This document shows positions 51,292 to 63,613 of a stretch of 64,000 nt of DNA, piece by piece; position 1 is the first letter of the stretch; every line of letters starts with the position of its first letter. The DNA lies in NCBI RefSeq assembly GCF_009914755.1, contig NC_060929.1. One strand, 5' to 3'. Position numbers and translations under genes: made by a program. The notes below the pieces were generated by a model. That model made no database searches and was not told the origin of the DNA. It saw only the letters and a program-made list of their open reading frames with translations. The stretch comes from the human T2T-CHM13v2.0 reference genome, Homo sapiens.

Positions 51292-51580
51292 GGCTGGGCA
51301 TGATGGCTTACATTTGTATTCCCAGCACTTTGGGAGGCTGAGGCGGGCAGATCACGAGGTCAACAGATCAAGACCATCCTGGCCAACATAGTGAAACCCC
51401 GTCTCTACTAAAAATACAAAAATTAGCTGGGCGTGGAGGCACGCACCTGTAGTCCCAGCTACTCGGGAGGCTGAGGCAGGAGAATCCCTTGAACCTGGGA
51501 GGCGGAGGCTGCAGGAGCCAAGATCGCACCACTGCACTCCAGCCTGGCGACGGAGCGAGACTCCATCTCAATAAAATAAA
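51292..51580 (+). mobile_element. AluSc-like
   Basis: GATCACGAGGTCAACAGATCAAGACCATCCTGGCCAAC and CCTGGCGAC diagnostics. Confidence 0.9.
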
Positions 51581-51764
51581 ATTACATTAAATTAAATTAA
51601 AAAGAAACCTTTGAGAAAACTAAGAATAGAAAAGAACTTTCTAAACCTGATGAAAGATGTTTTATCTACTAAGAACATAGAGAAAGCATTAGACTCAATA
51701 ATGAAACTTCAGGAACATGTTTGTTAAAGTCCTGGACACAGCCGGAAGCTTCACTGTCGTGTTC

Positions 51765-52067
51765 TAGGCCTCTCTCCCGGCTGCTGGTGGTTGCTGGCAG
51801 TGGTTGCTGTTCCTTGGCTGGCAGAAGCATCCCTCCTCTCCACCTCCAGCTTCACGCGGTGTTGTCCCTGTGTGTGTCTCTGTGGCCAAAATTTCCCCTT
51901 TTCATGAGGACGCCAGTCGGGTTGGATTAGAGCCCACCCTGATGACTGGAGTTTTTCACTGAATTACCTCTGTGAAGATGCCATCTCCAAATCAGGTTGC
52001 GTTTGGAGGCGCTGGAGGTCAGGACTCCAACATATCTTTTTTGAGGGGATATAACTCAACTGTAACA
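51765..52067 (-). mobile_element. MaLR LTR fragment (MLT1C-like)
   Basis: GGATTAGAGCCCACCCTGATGAC, TCCAAATCAGGTTGC, GGACTCCAACATATCTTTTT. Confidence 0.7.
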
Positions 52068-52299
52068 CCCCTCCTTCTCTGCTCAAGACCAGCAGCACTC
52101 GTTGTCTGTATTGTGATCGCGGGATGTTTAATTCAGGACCAGGCCATAACGAGCATAATGATGGTGTTAGTCCCTGTGATTAACCATCAGCTACAGTTTC
52201 TAAAGCACTCATCTCCCAGTTGTCCACAATGACTACTCCAGTGAAGATTGTTCCCTGCTGAAACAAAAAGCATCCCAAGCCCACTTAAACCTACATTGA

Positions 52300-52642
<343 letters not shown>

Positions 52643-54920
52643 TTACTCAAACAGCTAAGTAATGGCTGCTTTCCCTTTATTTAGCAACATAATACTGTTG
52701 GCTTGTTTATAAGAAACGTTTTAACATTTCAACACTCCAGTCCCCAAATGTAAATGAAATTAGGTTGGAAAATTCCAGTAAGTCAGAAGGTCGGCCTGGT
52801 AGGAAGCCGTGTGCAGAAAGCCTACAGAGCATTGCTGACTATACGTTTTGTCGCCTTGTTTTCCCTCCGAAGTCGACATGAGCTGCCCCTAGGAAATTTC
52901 CTTACTTCTGATACTTGGTGACCTTGAAATCTGGAGGCTGTTTTTTCCCTTCTTCTTTACCTTTTTTTTTTTTTCATTCACACTATTATCGCTCCATCAG
53001 CATCCAAAGCCCTTAGTGGTATCATTTGGAACATGTTTTGCCATTCATTCTAATTTATTCTAAGAGCCAGATTCAGCTTAAGTTTAAAAAAAAAAAATGC
53101 AGCTCTCCTACCCAGAGGAAGGAACAGCTGGTTTCTGCTTCTCACTTTGAAGATTTTCAGCACATTAGTAGTTCTAGCAGAAGGGAAGATTTGCAACTCT
53201 GTTGTTTGATGATGATGGTGATGATGATGACGGTGATGATGGTGATGGTCATGATCATACTGATGACAATATCTGCCATTTTGGAACATATTTTATAGAT
53301 TATAGACTGTCTCATTTATTCTTCATAACCCTAAAGGAAGCTACTATAATTTGAACCATATGTGGTCAAAAGAAAGCCAAAAAAGTATCCCTAAATACAG
53401 AATTAGGAGACAGAATAATTTCATCTGATAGAAAATGCTGACATTATTTTCCCTCAAGAGCTACATTGACACATGAATGTTCAAATAAATTAGGTTTCCC
53501 GTTCATTCTATTAGATTCACATACCAATGAGAGTGCCTGACTTGTGCAATAAAAAAATAGAAATTGTATCTTTTTTTACACTAACAAGCATTGAGAAGCC
53601 GTAAGATTTCTCTTCTCTTCTGTTTTCCTTTCTATGCAATATTTGCAGCAATGTGCAGCTCTACCTGGAATTCTGTGTGATGTATGTGATCAAATTTTTA
53701 AAAGCAAAAAGATGAGATTACACTAATACAGACTGGCATGTGATCCAATCAGCAAATGGAAGTATGCAGTTGGCTTTCACTATCAGCTTTGTTTTTTTGT
53801 TGTTGTTGTTGTTGTTTTGTTGTTTTTTTTTTTTTACAAATTGTCACAAGCTCAAAAGAGAGGGCAGGACAGCATTACAGAAATAGGGATAAGGTAAGAC
53901 ATCTAACTCCTTAGCAGATTATACACACAAGCATAGAAATACAAACTTTTCTAGGCTGCATAGCAACTTCACCCTCCTGGGTCTTTCGGCACACGGTGTA
54001 AGCCCTGTTATCTCATAGCGTTTTGTAAAAATTAATGACTTTCAGTTGAAGTCTAAGTTTGTCTTAAACACTCCAAAGAGAAATGAGCTATGCTCAATTT
54101 CTCTTCTCACATATGCTCTTCTCATTGTGGATGACCCAGAAAACAAAGTCTTACCTTGCAGAAAATCGTGGTGCACGCAGGCCTGGAACACCTGCTCCGG
54201 TTCTGATCAAGAAAGACAGATAACCAGGAGACTGTACAGCAGAAAGCATCTGAAAAAAGCAAAAAGAAAGCGCTTTTTCAGAAAACTAAGTAAGAATATA
54301 TGAAAATTCTTCATTATGGAGGATGGAAGCTCAGAGGAGACAGGACCAACATCTGCACAACTTTGAACAAATACCTGGCTATTAATACGCAAGACAAGAG
54401 AACTGGGCTCACCTCCTTCACTTTCTAGAAGGTGGCTGTAGTTTCGTTAGTCCACGTCCTCTGAGGAGCAGATCCCAGGATGGGATTAAACAAGAACTTT
54501 CTTAGAAGAAATACATGTGACAGAAAAAGGGAACCAGCATGGCTGGAAGAACCATCAGAACAAAATGCAGGTCTGATCCCAAAAGAAGGGAGGGAGAGAG
54601 GGAGGGAAGGAAGGAGGGAGGGAGGGAGGAAACAAAGGGAGTCTAGAAGCATCTTAGACTGTGGTACAGTCCTAAGGAGAGTTTGGTAAGACCACTGAGA
54701 AGCCCCCAAACCAAAATCGCTCACCAGCAGAGTCCCCAGGAATGGACAAACCTTAGCCTTCCTGCATCACTCACTCAGTCATTGGCTGAGCAGCCCATGG
54801 AGGCAAAAAGTGCAATAGATTTCAAAGGAGAGCATTAGGGCCCTTGGTTAATTCTGCCCTTACCATCAGATATCTGAAAGATGCATTCTTGTGGGTGCCA
54901 CATTAGGATAAGCAACAGTA

Positions 54921-54959
<39 letters not shown>
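54921..54959 (+). repeat. (ATG)13 microsatellite next to a minus-strand MIR (about 54960-55160)
   Basis: Direct reading; followed by CATTTATTGAC...CCCCATTTTCTCATGAAGAAATTGAAAC. An interrupted (TGA)n tract also lies at 53207-53265. Confidence 0.92.
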
Positions 54960-55358
54960 CCATTTATTGACAACCTATCCAAAGTCAAGGATTGTACTAG
55001 GTATTTTACATATATTAAATATAATTATCAAAAACAATCCTCCCTAGGCTGGGTATGATTGCTCCCCATTTTCTCATGAAGAAATTGAAACTTGGGTAAA
55101 TATTTTGCCAAGAAAGGGTGTAGAGTTGAGTATCTGATCCTTCAGGCATCATATTCTTACCACAGCAAACAAATGAGAGAATTTTTGCTTCTGCAATAAG
55201 AAATAGAGTTCGCTGAATTTATTAAGCTAAAAAGTTGAGTGTTTGGTGGGTTTTTTTGGGGGGGGGGTTGTTTTTACAATATAAATTTTTGTTTACAATA
55301 TAAATAAATGCAGCATTCATTCTACTTAATTCATAAATGACAATGTTGGAAACTAGAG

Positions 55359-55720
<362 letters not shown>

Positions 55721-55858
55721 TCAGTGACCCCAAATGGCATTTCTTATGTCCCCCTGGCTGTCTAAAGTGGAGCTCAGGTATGGCCAGGAAGGGACGCAGC
55801 CCCAGTACTTCTTTGGTATATGACTTTGGCCCATTTCTAGAATTGTCTTGGTCTTCAG

Positions 55859-56705
55859 TGAGATGGAGCAGGGACTCCTCCTAGGGGCCTGCAGGTCACC
55901 CCCTGCCCAGTGAAGAAATAAAGAAAACTCTTAAGTTCCTTCAGGAAAAATTCCAGGCACCTAGCTCACACTGAAAAATAACTGAATAAACAAAAAGATA
56001 ATAGTAGCTTAAAACAGTAGCCAAAAAAGTTAGTCAAGAGATATGTTATTCCCTATAAAAACTGAAAATAACACCTTAACATATGTCCCTGAGTTATTTT
56101 TCAAAAACCTGAACCCCCACCAAACAGATTTGCTAACACATAGACCTCAAATTAAGGGAAACTAAAAACTAAACTCTGGTCACTGTTCTTTGTTCTAAAT
56201 TTCTTCCTAAGGGGCCTGGGAACGTCACACCCACAAGTTAGAGCTATCAGTTTGGTGCAAAAGTAATTGCAGGTTTTTTTTTTTTTTTTTTTTGCTGTTA
56301 CTTTCAGTGGCAAAACGTGCAATTTTGCACCAACCTAATAACATTGTTTTCTGCTGATCCCACATTTTTAGACAAAGCTTTGCCTCCTTAGCCAATCACA
56401 GATCAGAAATCTTTAAATCCACCTATAACCTGTGGGCCCCCAACTTCCAGTTGTCCTACGTTTTTAGGTCAAACCAACGTATAGTCTCCATATTTGAATT
56501 TATGACTTTACTTGTAACCTCTGCCTCCACGTTGGTAAAAACCCTCACCTATGAGCCATCTGGGAGTTGGGTCTTGAACATGGGATGCCTGATTTTCCTT
56601 GCTTGGGGCCCTACATAAACGCCTCACTTTCTCTTGCTACTATCCCAACATCAGTCTTTGACTTCGCTGCACCCAGTGAACAGATCCCTGCTGGATTCAC
56701 TTACA
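55859..56705 (+). mobile_element. ERV1 solo LTR, MER39
   Basis: TGAGATGGAGCAGGGACTCCTCCTAGGGGCCTGC through ...TTACA; 4-bp TSD TCAG. Confidence 0.8.
56247..56338. mobile_element. MADE1 (Hsmar1 mariner MITE) inserted in MER39
   Basis: TA|TCAGTTTGGTGCAAAAGTAATTGC...GCAATTTTGCACCAACCTAA|TA with TA duplication. Confidence 0.92.
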
Positions 56706-57595
56706 TCAGATTTCTCCTCCTGGAAATAGAAGAAATGTGCCTATTGATGTGTGGAGCATCTCGCATGGCACCTGGAATGTAGAAGGCATTTGGTAAACGT
56801 GGCTTCCTTCTATCAGTTTCTACCCAAAATGTGCAAAGCCAAGCTTTCCTTTTTGTGCTGTATACTGGCTCCTTCTTCCAAAAATGTATTTGATGATGTC
56901 ATTCCTCAACCTAAAACCTCCTGACATCACCCCGCTGTCTACACCAGGGATGTTAAAATCCTCTCTCTGCATAGCCCCATCCCCATGACCATGTACTCAC
57001 TCTATTACCCCAATTCTCTGGGTGAGGCAGGAGGAGAGGAGTGGGTGCATGTGCCCCTGGCAGAGGGAAAGGATTCTCGGAGGGGTGAGACAAGTAGTGT
57101 GAAAAGAGTCGACCTCCAGGAAGCTGCTCTGCAGCCCTCATTTCTCCTTTGAGAATCGCTGGTCCTCAGAACAAGTTCTAAATCCTTACCACCTGATCTG
57201 ATACCACCTTCCCACTGACCAGTGCCCTACAGCCTCATGGGACCCTCACCAATCCCGCCTCTTTGCCTTTGCTGGTTTCTTTTCTCTGCTTTAAAGTCTT
57301 CTTCCATACCTTCTGCTTTACTTGGGGAAATCTGAAATAAATGTCAGCATGTTGGTGAAGCTTTTGCTTACTGCCTCAGGCAGAATTAATAGCTTCCTGG
57401 TCAGCTCTGACACATCTGGGCCCTGTTCCCTCCTCAGAGGTAGAGAATCTGCTAGAGGCTGAGAACCGTCTCCACCTTTAGACAGAATGCGTTTAGTGGT
57501 TACTGCCTGCATCCCAATGAAACCTGCTCTGCCCTTCTGCCATAGAAATGGAATTGAAGCCAGACCCATTGCTACCCACTGTCTGTGTTTCCCGT

Positions 57596-57969
57596 TGGTA
57601 TGGTTTGGCTGTGTCTTCCCACCATTCTCATCTTGGATTGTAGTTCCCATAATCCCCACGTGTCATGAGAGGGACTCGGTGGGAGGTAATTGAATCATGG
57701 GGGCAGTTTTCCCCATGCTATTCTCATGATGGTAAGTTCTCATGAGATCTGATGGTTTTATAAGGGGCTTCCCCCATCACTCGATTCTCATTCTTCTCTC
57801 TCCTGCTGTCTTGTGAAGAAGGATGTATTTGTGTCCCCTTCTGCCATGATTATAAGTTTCCCAAGGCCTCCCCAGACCTGTGGAACTGCGAGTCAATTAA
57901 ACCTCTTTCCCTTATAAATTGCCCAGTCTCAGGTATGTCCTTATAGCAGTGTGAGAACAGACTAACACA
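57596..57969 (+). mobile_element. THE1B/C solo LTR
   Basis: TGGTATGGTTTGGCTGTGTC, GGGAGGTAATTGAATCATGGGGGC, CAATTAAACCTCTTT, GACTAACACA. Confidence 0.88.
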
Positions 57970-58171
57970 CCCAGGCTTCCCTGAAGTGAGCTGTGGCCTT
58001 TGCACTAAGGGATGGGAGCAGGAATGATGGGTATCTGCTCGGGGTGGGAACATGAGGCATCAGGTGCATCTTCTTCAGGCTGTCCCTGATGTGCTGGTGA
58101 TTGGTCCCACCAGGCAGGTGACAGTACCCCAGAGCAGTGGAACACTCTGAGATAATAGAAGTGTTTTGAGA

Positions 58172-58320
58172 TCTGTGCTGTCCAACACGCGAGCCACTAG
58201 ACACTTGAGCTATGGCTAGTGCAACTAGGAACTGAAATTTCAATTGTCTTTAAATGTATTTAAATTAATTAAAATTAAAATAGTCACATGTCACCAGCGG
58301 CAACTGTATCAGCCAGTAGA
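58172..58320. mobile_element. MER3-like hAT MITE
   Basis: CTGTGCTGTCCAACAC, GGCTAGTGCAACTAGGAACTGAAATTT, AATAGTCACATG. Confidence 0.6.
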
Positions 58321-58489
58321 GCCCCTGAGGATGGAGGAGCAATGGTTTGGAAGGAACATGGATCTTAGAATGCCCAGTGGAGCAGAGATTCTCCACCTAA
58401 ATGGATTACTTATCTCAGAACAGTTGAGTGAGAGAAAAACAAGGCAATGTTTTAGGACAGTTAGGAAGATAGTATCAATAGTATGACAT

Positions 58490-58720
58490 AATGGGTATAT
58501 CAGGGACTTGGGGCTCACCTTTTGAGTTCAAATCCTAGCCCTACCACTTAATAACTGTATGGCCTTGGGCAAATGACTTCATTTCCGTGTGCCCCAGAAT
58601 TCTCCTCACTGCACTGGGGACACTGAGTCCACGTATCACCTGGGTTTGTTGTGAGAATCAAATGAAGTAATAAATGTAAAACACTTAGAATATGGCATCC
58701 CCATTTGTTAGCTACTGTGA
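58490..58720 (+). mobile_element. MIR
   Basis: GAGTTCAAATCCTAGCCCTACCACTTAATAACTGTATGGCCTTGGGCAAATGACTT. Confidence 0.7.
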
Positions 58721-59325
58721 TGACATTTGAGGTCTCTGTTACAGCATCTTAGCTTTGCACGAATGCACCTGGCTTTGCATCACGGCTCCCACATCTACCA
58801 CTCGGGTGCCATTTGTTTTCTCAGGTTCTTGGGGGTGATGCGAGTGAAGTACTGAGTGCTGTGTCTGGCCCCCATCAAGCACTCAATGTTGGTAGTCACC
58901 CTTATATAAAGTGTCATGTTGTCATATCAGTATCTGTTTGGATGTCTCCCTTGGAGGTGTCTCTAGGATAGGGACTGTCATTTCTCTTTTTGTTCTTCAT
59001 TGATTAGCACAGTGAAGGTACTCGGTACATGGTTACTGAATGATTGGCTGATTGCATAAATAACTCTTCTAGTGTTAGTTTACCTGAAAACCCAATACTG
59101 TACCTATTGAGGCTTCTGAGGTGTCCCCTGGCCATCAAATCCCTATGGTACTCTAACAGCAGCATGGCCAAACAAAGGCATTCTGTCCCTGCTGCCCAGA
59201 TCCTTCCTCACCCTTTACCTTTGCAACACTGAGCGGAACGGCTCTTCACGGGGATGGCCACTCACCCAGGCATCATTAGGAAAGGTGAGGGGGTGTTTTT
59301 CGGTGTCACAACACCTGGATAACTG

Positions 59326-60247
59326 TGTTCTCCAGCTTCCTCTTGCTGCTGTAGCAAATTACTGCAAATGCAGTGGCTTAAACAACACACACTCAGTCCA
59401 TAAATTCTGAAGGTGAGAACTCTGAAGTGAGTGTCATGGGACTAAAATCAAGCTGTTTGCAAAGCTGCACTCCTTCTGGGGGCTGCGGGGAGAATTGGCT
59501 TCCTGCCTTTCCCAGCTTCTGGGAGCTGCTGCATTCCTTGGCTCCCGGCCCCTCCTCCATCCACAAAGCTAGAAATCCCATCACTCTAGCCTCTCCTTCT
59601 GTCCTCACATCTCTCTCTCTCTCTCTGACTTTGCCTCTCCTGCCTTCCCCTTGCTTTCTAAGGGTCCTTGGCATGTTGTGTTACATTGTGCCCACCTGCA
59701 TAATCCAAAATAACCTCCTGATGTGGTTTGGCTATGGCCCTACCCAAATCTCATGTCAAATTTTAACCCCCATATGTTAAGGGAAGAACCTGGTATGAAG
59801 TGATTGGATCATGGGGGCAGATTTTCCCCTTGCTGGTCTCATTGATAGTGAGTGAGTGAGTTCTCACAAGATCTGATGGTTTAAAAGTGTGTAGCCCTTC
59901 CCCCTCCCTCTCTCTCTCCTGCCACCATGTGAAGATGGTCCTTGCATCCCCTTCACCTTCTACCATGAGTGTAAGTTTCCTAAGGCCTCCAAGTCATGCT
60001 TCGTGTCAAGCCTGCAGAACCATGAGCCCGTTAAACCTCTTTTCTTCACAAATTACCTAGTCTCAGGCAGTTCTTTACAGCGGTGTGAAGACAGACGACT
60101 ACACCTCCTTATTGTAAAGTCGACTGATTACAACCTTAATCCCACTCAGTGCCTTAACTGTCCTGGCCATGGAACCCAACACACTCACAGGCTCTGAAGA
60201 GAAGGACATCTTTGCTGGCTGGTAGGGAGGGATTCTTCTGCCCACCA
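59326..60247 (-). mobile_element. MaLR LTR (MLT1D/E-like) split by a THE1D
   Basis: GCTGCTGTAGCAAATTACTGCAAATGCAGTGGCTTAAACAACAC through GGATTCTTCTGCCCACCA. Confidence 0.75.
59719..60103 (+). mobile_element. THE1D/MST-type solo LTR
   Basis: TGATGTGGTTTGGCTATGGCCCTACCCAAATCTCATG through GACGACTACA; 5-bp TSD CCTCC. Confidence 0.88.
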
Positions 60248-62450
60248 AAGTAACTCTGTGGGCACAGGGTAGGTTGGAGCCTGGGGACACCACACACCAT
60301 GAGACACTCCTACACAACAGAGTGTACCCCTCAAATGCCAATAGTGCCCTCTTGAGAAATGCAGCTGGAGTCCCACTACTCTAAGCTGCTTTGTGTGTGG
60401 TGAGGAATAAAAGGACAGGGGAGCTTTGCTTTTCATCTCAAGTTTCCCTCTAAATCTGTAATTGCAGCCTCCAAAAAAGAAAGAGAAACCAACTTCTCTT
60501 GCTTCTTGTAAGAGGAAGAGAAAGAGAAATGAGAGAGACACCTGTGCAGGTACTCAGAGACCAGTGCAGCCCTTCTCCCATGCAGAGACCAGAAGCTCAG
60601 CTTACAATTACCAGCCTGCCTGCATGAGTGTGCAGGTAAGGAGGCCCCACCTGTCAGAAGCAGTCCTGCAGGACATTGACTTGAAATTGAGCCCAGTGGG
60701 GGAAAGGTGGGTGCCTGTGTCCTCCATACTGATGATGCAGACCAGAGTCGGGAGACAGAGCTTGAGAGTCACAGGTGGCTTCCACATGTTCACCCATGTC
60801 TGCTGCAGAGATCTAGGCTTCTCTAGCAAGGCATAAAAGGGGCTGCAGGTAACTAGAGCTGTGTCCAAGGTGTCCAGAGGTTTCCAAGCACTTAGTTCTT
60901 TGCACTCAGTTGCTCTCTGCGACTCCAGTTGTTAGACATTCATACTGAATGCTCAAAGATACAAGGTCCCCCCAGAAGACATCGACAGGATGGCACCTAC
61001 TTCTGCACCTGTACCCACTGGCATCTGTAAGAAACACAGAATGGAGAATTGGAGAACTGGAGGCTATGATAAATGACATCAGTCAACCCCTCATTACACG
61101 TATGAGAAAATGGATGAAAAGTATACCCAGGAAAAAGAAAAACTGATAAGCCATGAAGAAACAAGAAGACTTTCAACAAAATTATTTGTATTTGTCACCT
61201 TTTGCTGTGACCACAAACAGCCTGAACATGTCAATGGCTTGCACCAAGATCTCTTCTGTCTTGTTTTGAGACATGAAGTGAAGACAGGGGCAGGGTCGGC
61301 TGGACCTGCTTGGTTTAGCTTGGGTTGGCGTAACTCATGTCTTCTCATCCAGAACCCAGGCTGGAAGGACAGCCACCTTCTGAAATGCACTGATTCTGTG
61401 GTGAGACAAGTGAGGAAGCCTAGGCCAGGCCCCAAGTTCACATGCAAAGGCTCTGCTCAGCCATGGCCAGTGTCTGGCCACTCACACTCTGATGGATGAA
61501 CAGCCCATTTCACATGGTCCAGCACAAGCCTGTGTGGTGGGAGGATGCTTTTCCCAAGAGCTGAACCAGTGGGAAACGCAGCGCTAAGAGTCACCCAGCA
61601 TCCTGCGCATGGAGGAGCAAGGGTTGGGAGCGATAACCCAATAGATTGCTCACTGCTGCAAGATCAGCCCGGGGATTCCATCCACCCCTTCCCCCGGACC
61701 CTCCACTCTGGTTAATTCCCCCTCAGCTGGAAGAACCCACCCCCAGTTCACCCGGGAGAGTCCCACGTGCCCTGGTCCTGCCCAGGTCTCATCCTGTGGA
61801 GCATTCAACCCAGATGGAAGCAGCCCCGGTTCTATAACACACAGTGCAGTCTTCCCGCCCTAAGACCCCTGCGGTGGCACACAGGAAGCGCAGATTCTGA
61901 TGTCTGCTGGCACATGTTACACATAACACATAACACATAACATAGGTATGTCTGCCTCGTAGCTGATAGACTCTTCTGGTCAGCAGGGATGGGGGGTGGG
62001 CCATTTATGAGATCACATCCTATCTACAGAGGACATTCTTGCACAGCCCCGAGGCAGCACAAGGCAGGGGAGGCAGGGGGTACTGGAGCCTCTGTTTGTC
62101 ACCTGCAGTGAGGACAGCTACGGCAGGAAGCTCAGCTTCTCCAATCCTCCATGTTCTCCTCTGAAAACTGGCTCGAGGCCACGTAGCAAGGTGCCCTGAG
62201 GATTGCAGATGAGCGGGGAGTGTGGATTCACACTCCTCCTGCTCAGTCCCAAATCCCAACAGGCCTCAAACCCTAGGGGTGTGGCCACTCGTTCTGCAGC
62301 AGGATATGATCTGGACTGAATAGAAGGCTAGTGATAATCTTCTTATATACAACTGAGCACGTGCATTTATACATTTCTCTTCAAAAATAATAATGCATTT
62401 GACGACAGGGTACCGACCCAGACTCATGTATACTATCCTTTTATGCACTA

Positions 62451-62844
62451 TCATCTCAGTCAGAGTCCTCCAGAGAAACAGAGCCAACAGGAGATAGATA
62501 GAGAGAGAGAGGCTGATTTTAAGGAATTGGCTCACACAGTTGAGGGTACTGGCAAGTATACAATTTGCCAGCTGGAGACCCATGGAGGAGCTGAACCAGC
62601 AGGTCAGGTCTGAAGGCAGCATTCCCTCTTCCTTGTGGGAGGTCAGTCTTTTTCTCTGAAGGCTTCCCACTGGTGGGATGAGGCCCACCCGCATTATGGG
62701 GGCTAATCTGCTTTCCTCAAAGTCTCCTGACTTAAATGTTAACCTCATTTAAAATAAGATGCCCTCACAGGAATCCAGAATTGTTTGACCAGATACCTGG
62801 ATATCATGGCCTAGCCAAGTTGACACGTAAAATTAACCATCACA
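62451..62844 (-). mobile_element. ERVL LTR (MLT2-type)
   Basis: TCCAGAGAAACAGAGCCAACAGGAGATAG, AAGGAATTGGCTCAC, CCTAGCCAAGTTGACACGTAAAATTAACCATCACA. Confidence 0.85.
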
Positions 62845-63613
62845 ACCATATGATAAATGAAACTAGACAGTCCGAATGCTGACGCAGATCTGGGGCCACC
62901 TCAAGGTTTGGGCAAGAACTGTGGGTCCCATCCAGCTGGAGCACAGTCTCTCGGGGGAGTCCTGTGAAGGGACAATTCACAGGACTTTTGTCTACCCCAG
63001 CAGAGAGCCTCTGCCAGGGTGACCGGGGTGAGTGTGGACTCATCCACAGCACAGAGTGGTCCCCGGCTGGTGCATGGATCCACATGAGAAATGAGAGGAG
63101 TTGGCTGGAGACGGGAGGGTGCAGGGGTTGGTGGGACAAGAGAGGAACAGAAGAGTCGCCTGTGATTTATGGTTCCAGCTCAAATGCCTGGTGGAGAGAG
63201 TGAGAGCAAAACATAACAGAAGATTCCAGAGGAGAAATCAAGGGAGTGATGTGAGGCTGAGGTCCTCATGGGACGTCTGGAGGCAGCTGAGTGTGTGGCC
63301 CTGTGCGTGGGGGCAAGGCTGTGATAGATGTAAAGAGAGGGGTTTAGGAGATTTCAGAATTACAGGCTGTCAATCTCCATATCGTCTCAGAGGTGGGATG
63401 GCTGAAAGAGAGCATGGAGTAAGACGTGAGGGCTGAGGGTGGGAGCCCGGGAAATCTGTAGAGCACCAAAGCAGGGTAGGACAGCCTCCAGCAGCGGGAG
63501 CAGGGAGGGCACCACGAGGGGCTGGAGAGAGGTAGGAGAACAGGGAGGCTGAGGGCTGAGAGAGAACGCAGTCATAGGCAGGAGTCGGGCACATCAGCAG
63601 CAGGCAAGCAGGT

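Larger units (their letters stand above)
48472..51720 (+). mobile_element. Fragmented ancient L1M ORF2 relic (interrupted by MER81-like, MLT1F, MER4A and Alu elements)
   Basis: A-rich degenerate L1 endonuclease/RT-region sequence, e.g. AATCCATAATTATTACAGAGGATTTG, GTAGATACAAAAGTCTTAAGTAAGATATTATCA, AACTTTCTAAACCTGATGAAAG. Confidence 0.6.

Noticed and set aside
53026-53298. Poly-His and poly-Met ORFs
   Set aside because: Translation of an interrupted (TGA)n microsatellite; no splice or promoter support.
57867-57879. PRDM9 hotspot motif in the THE1 LTR
   Set aside because: Reads CCTCCCCAGACCT rather than CCTCCCTAGCCAC, and does not match CCNCCNTNNCCNC.
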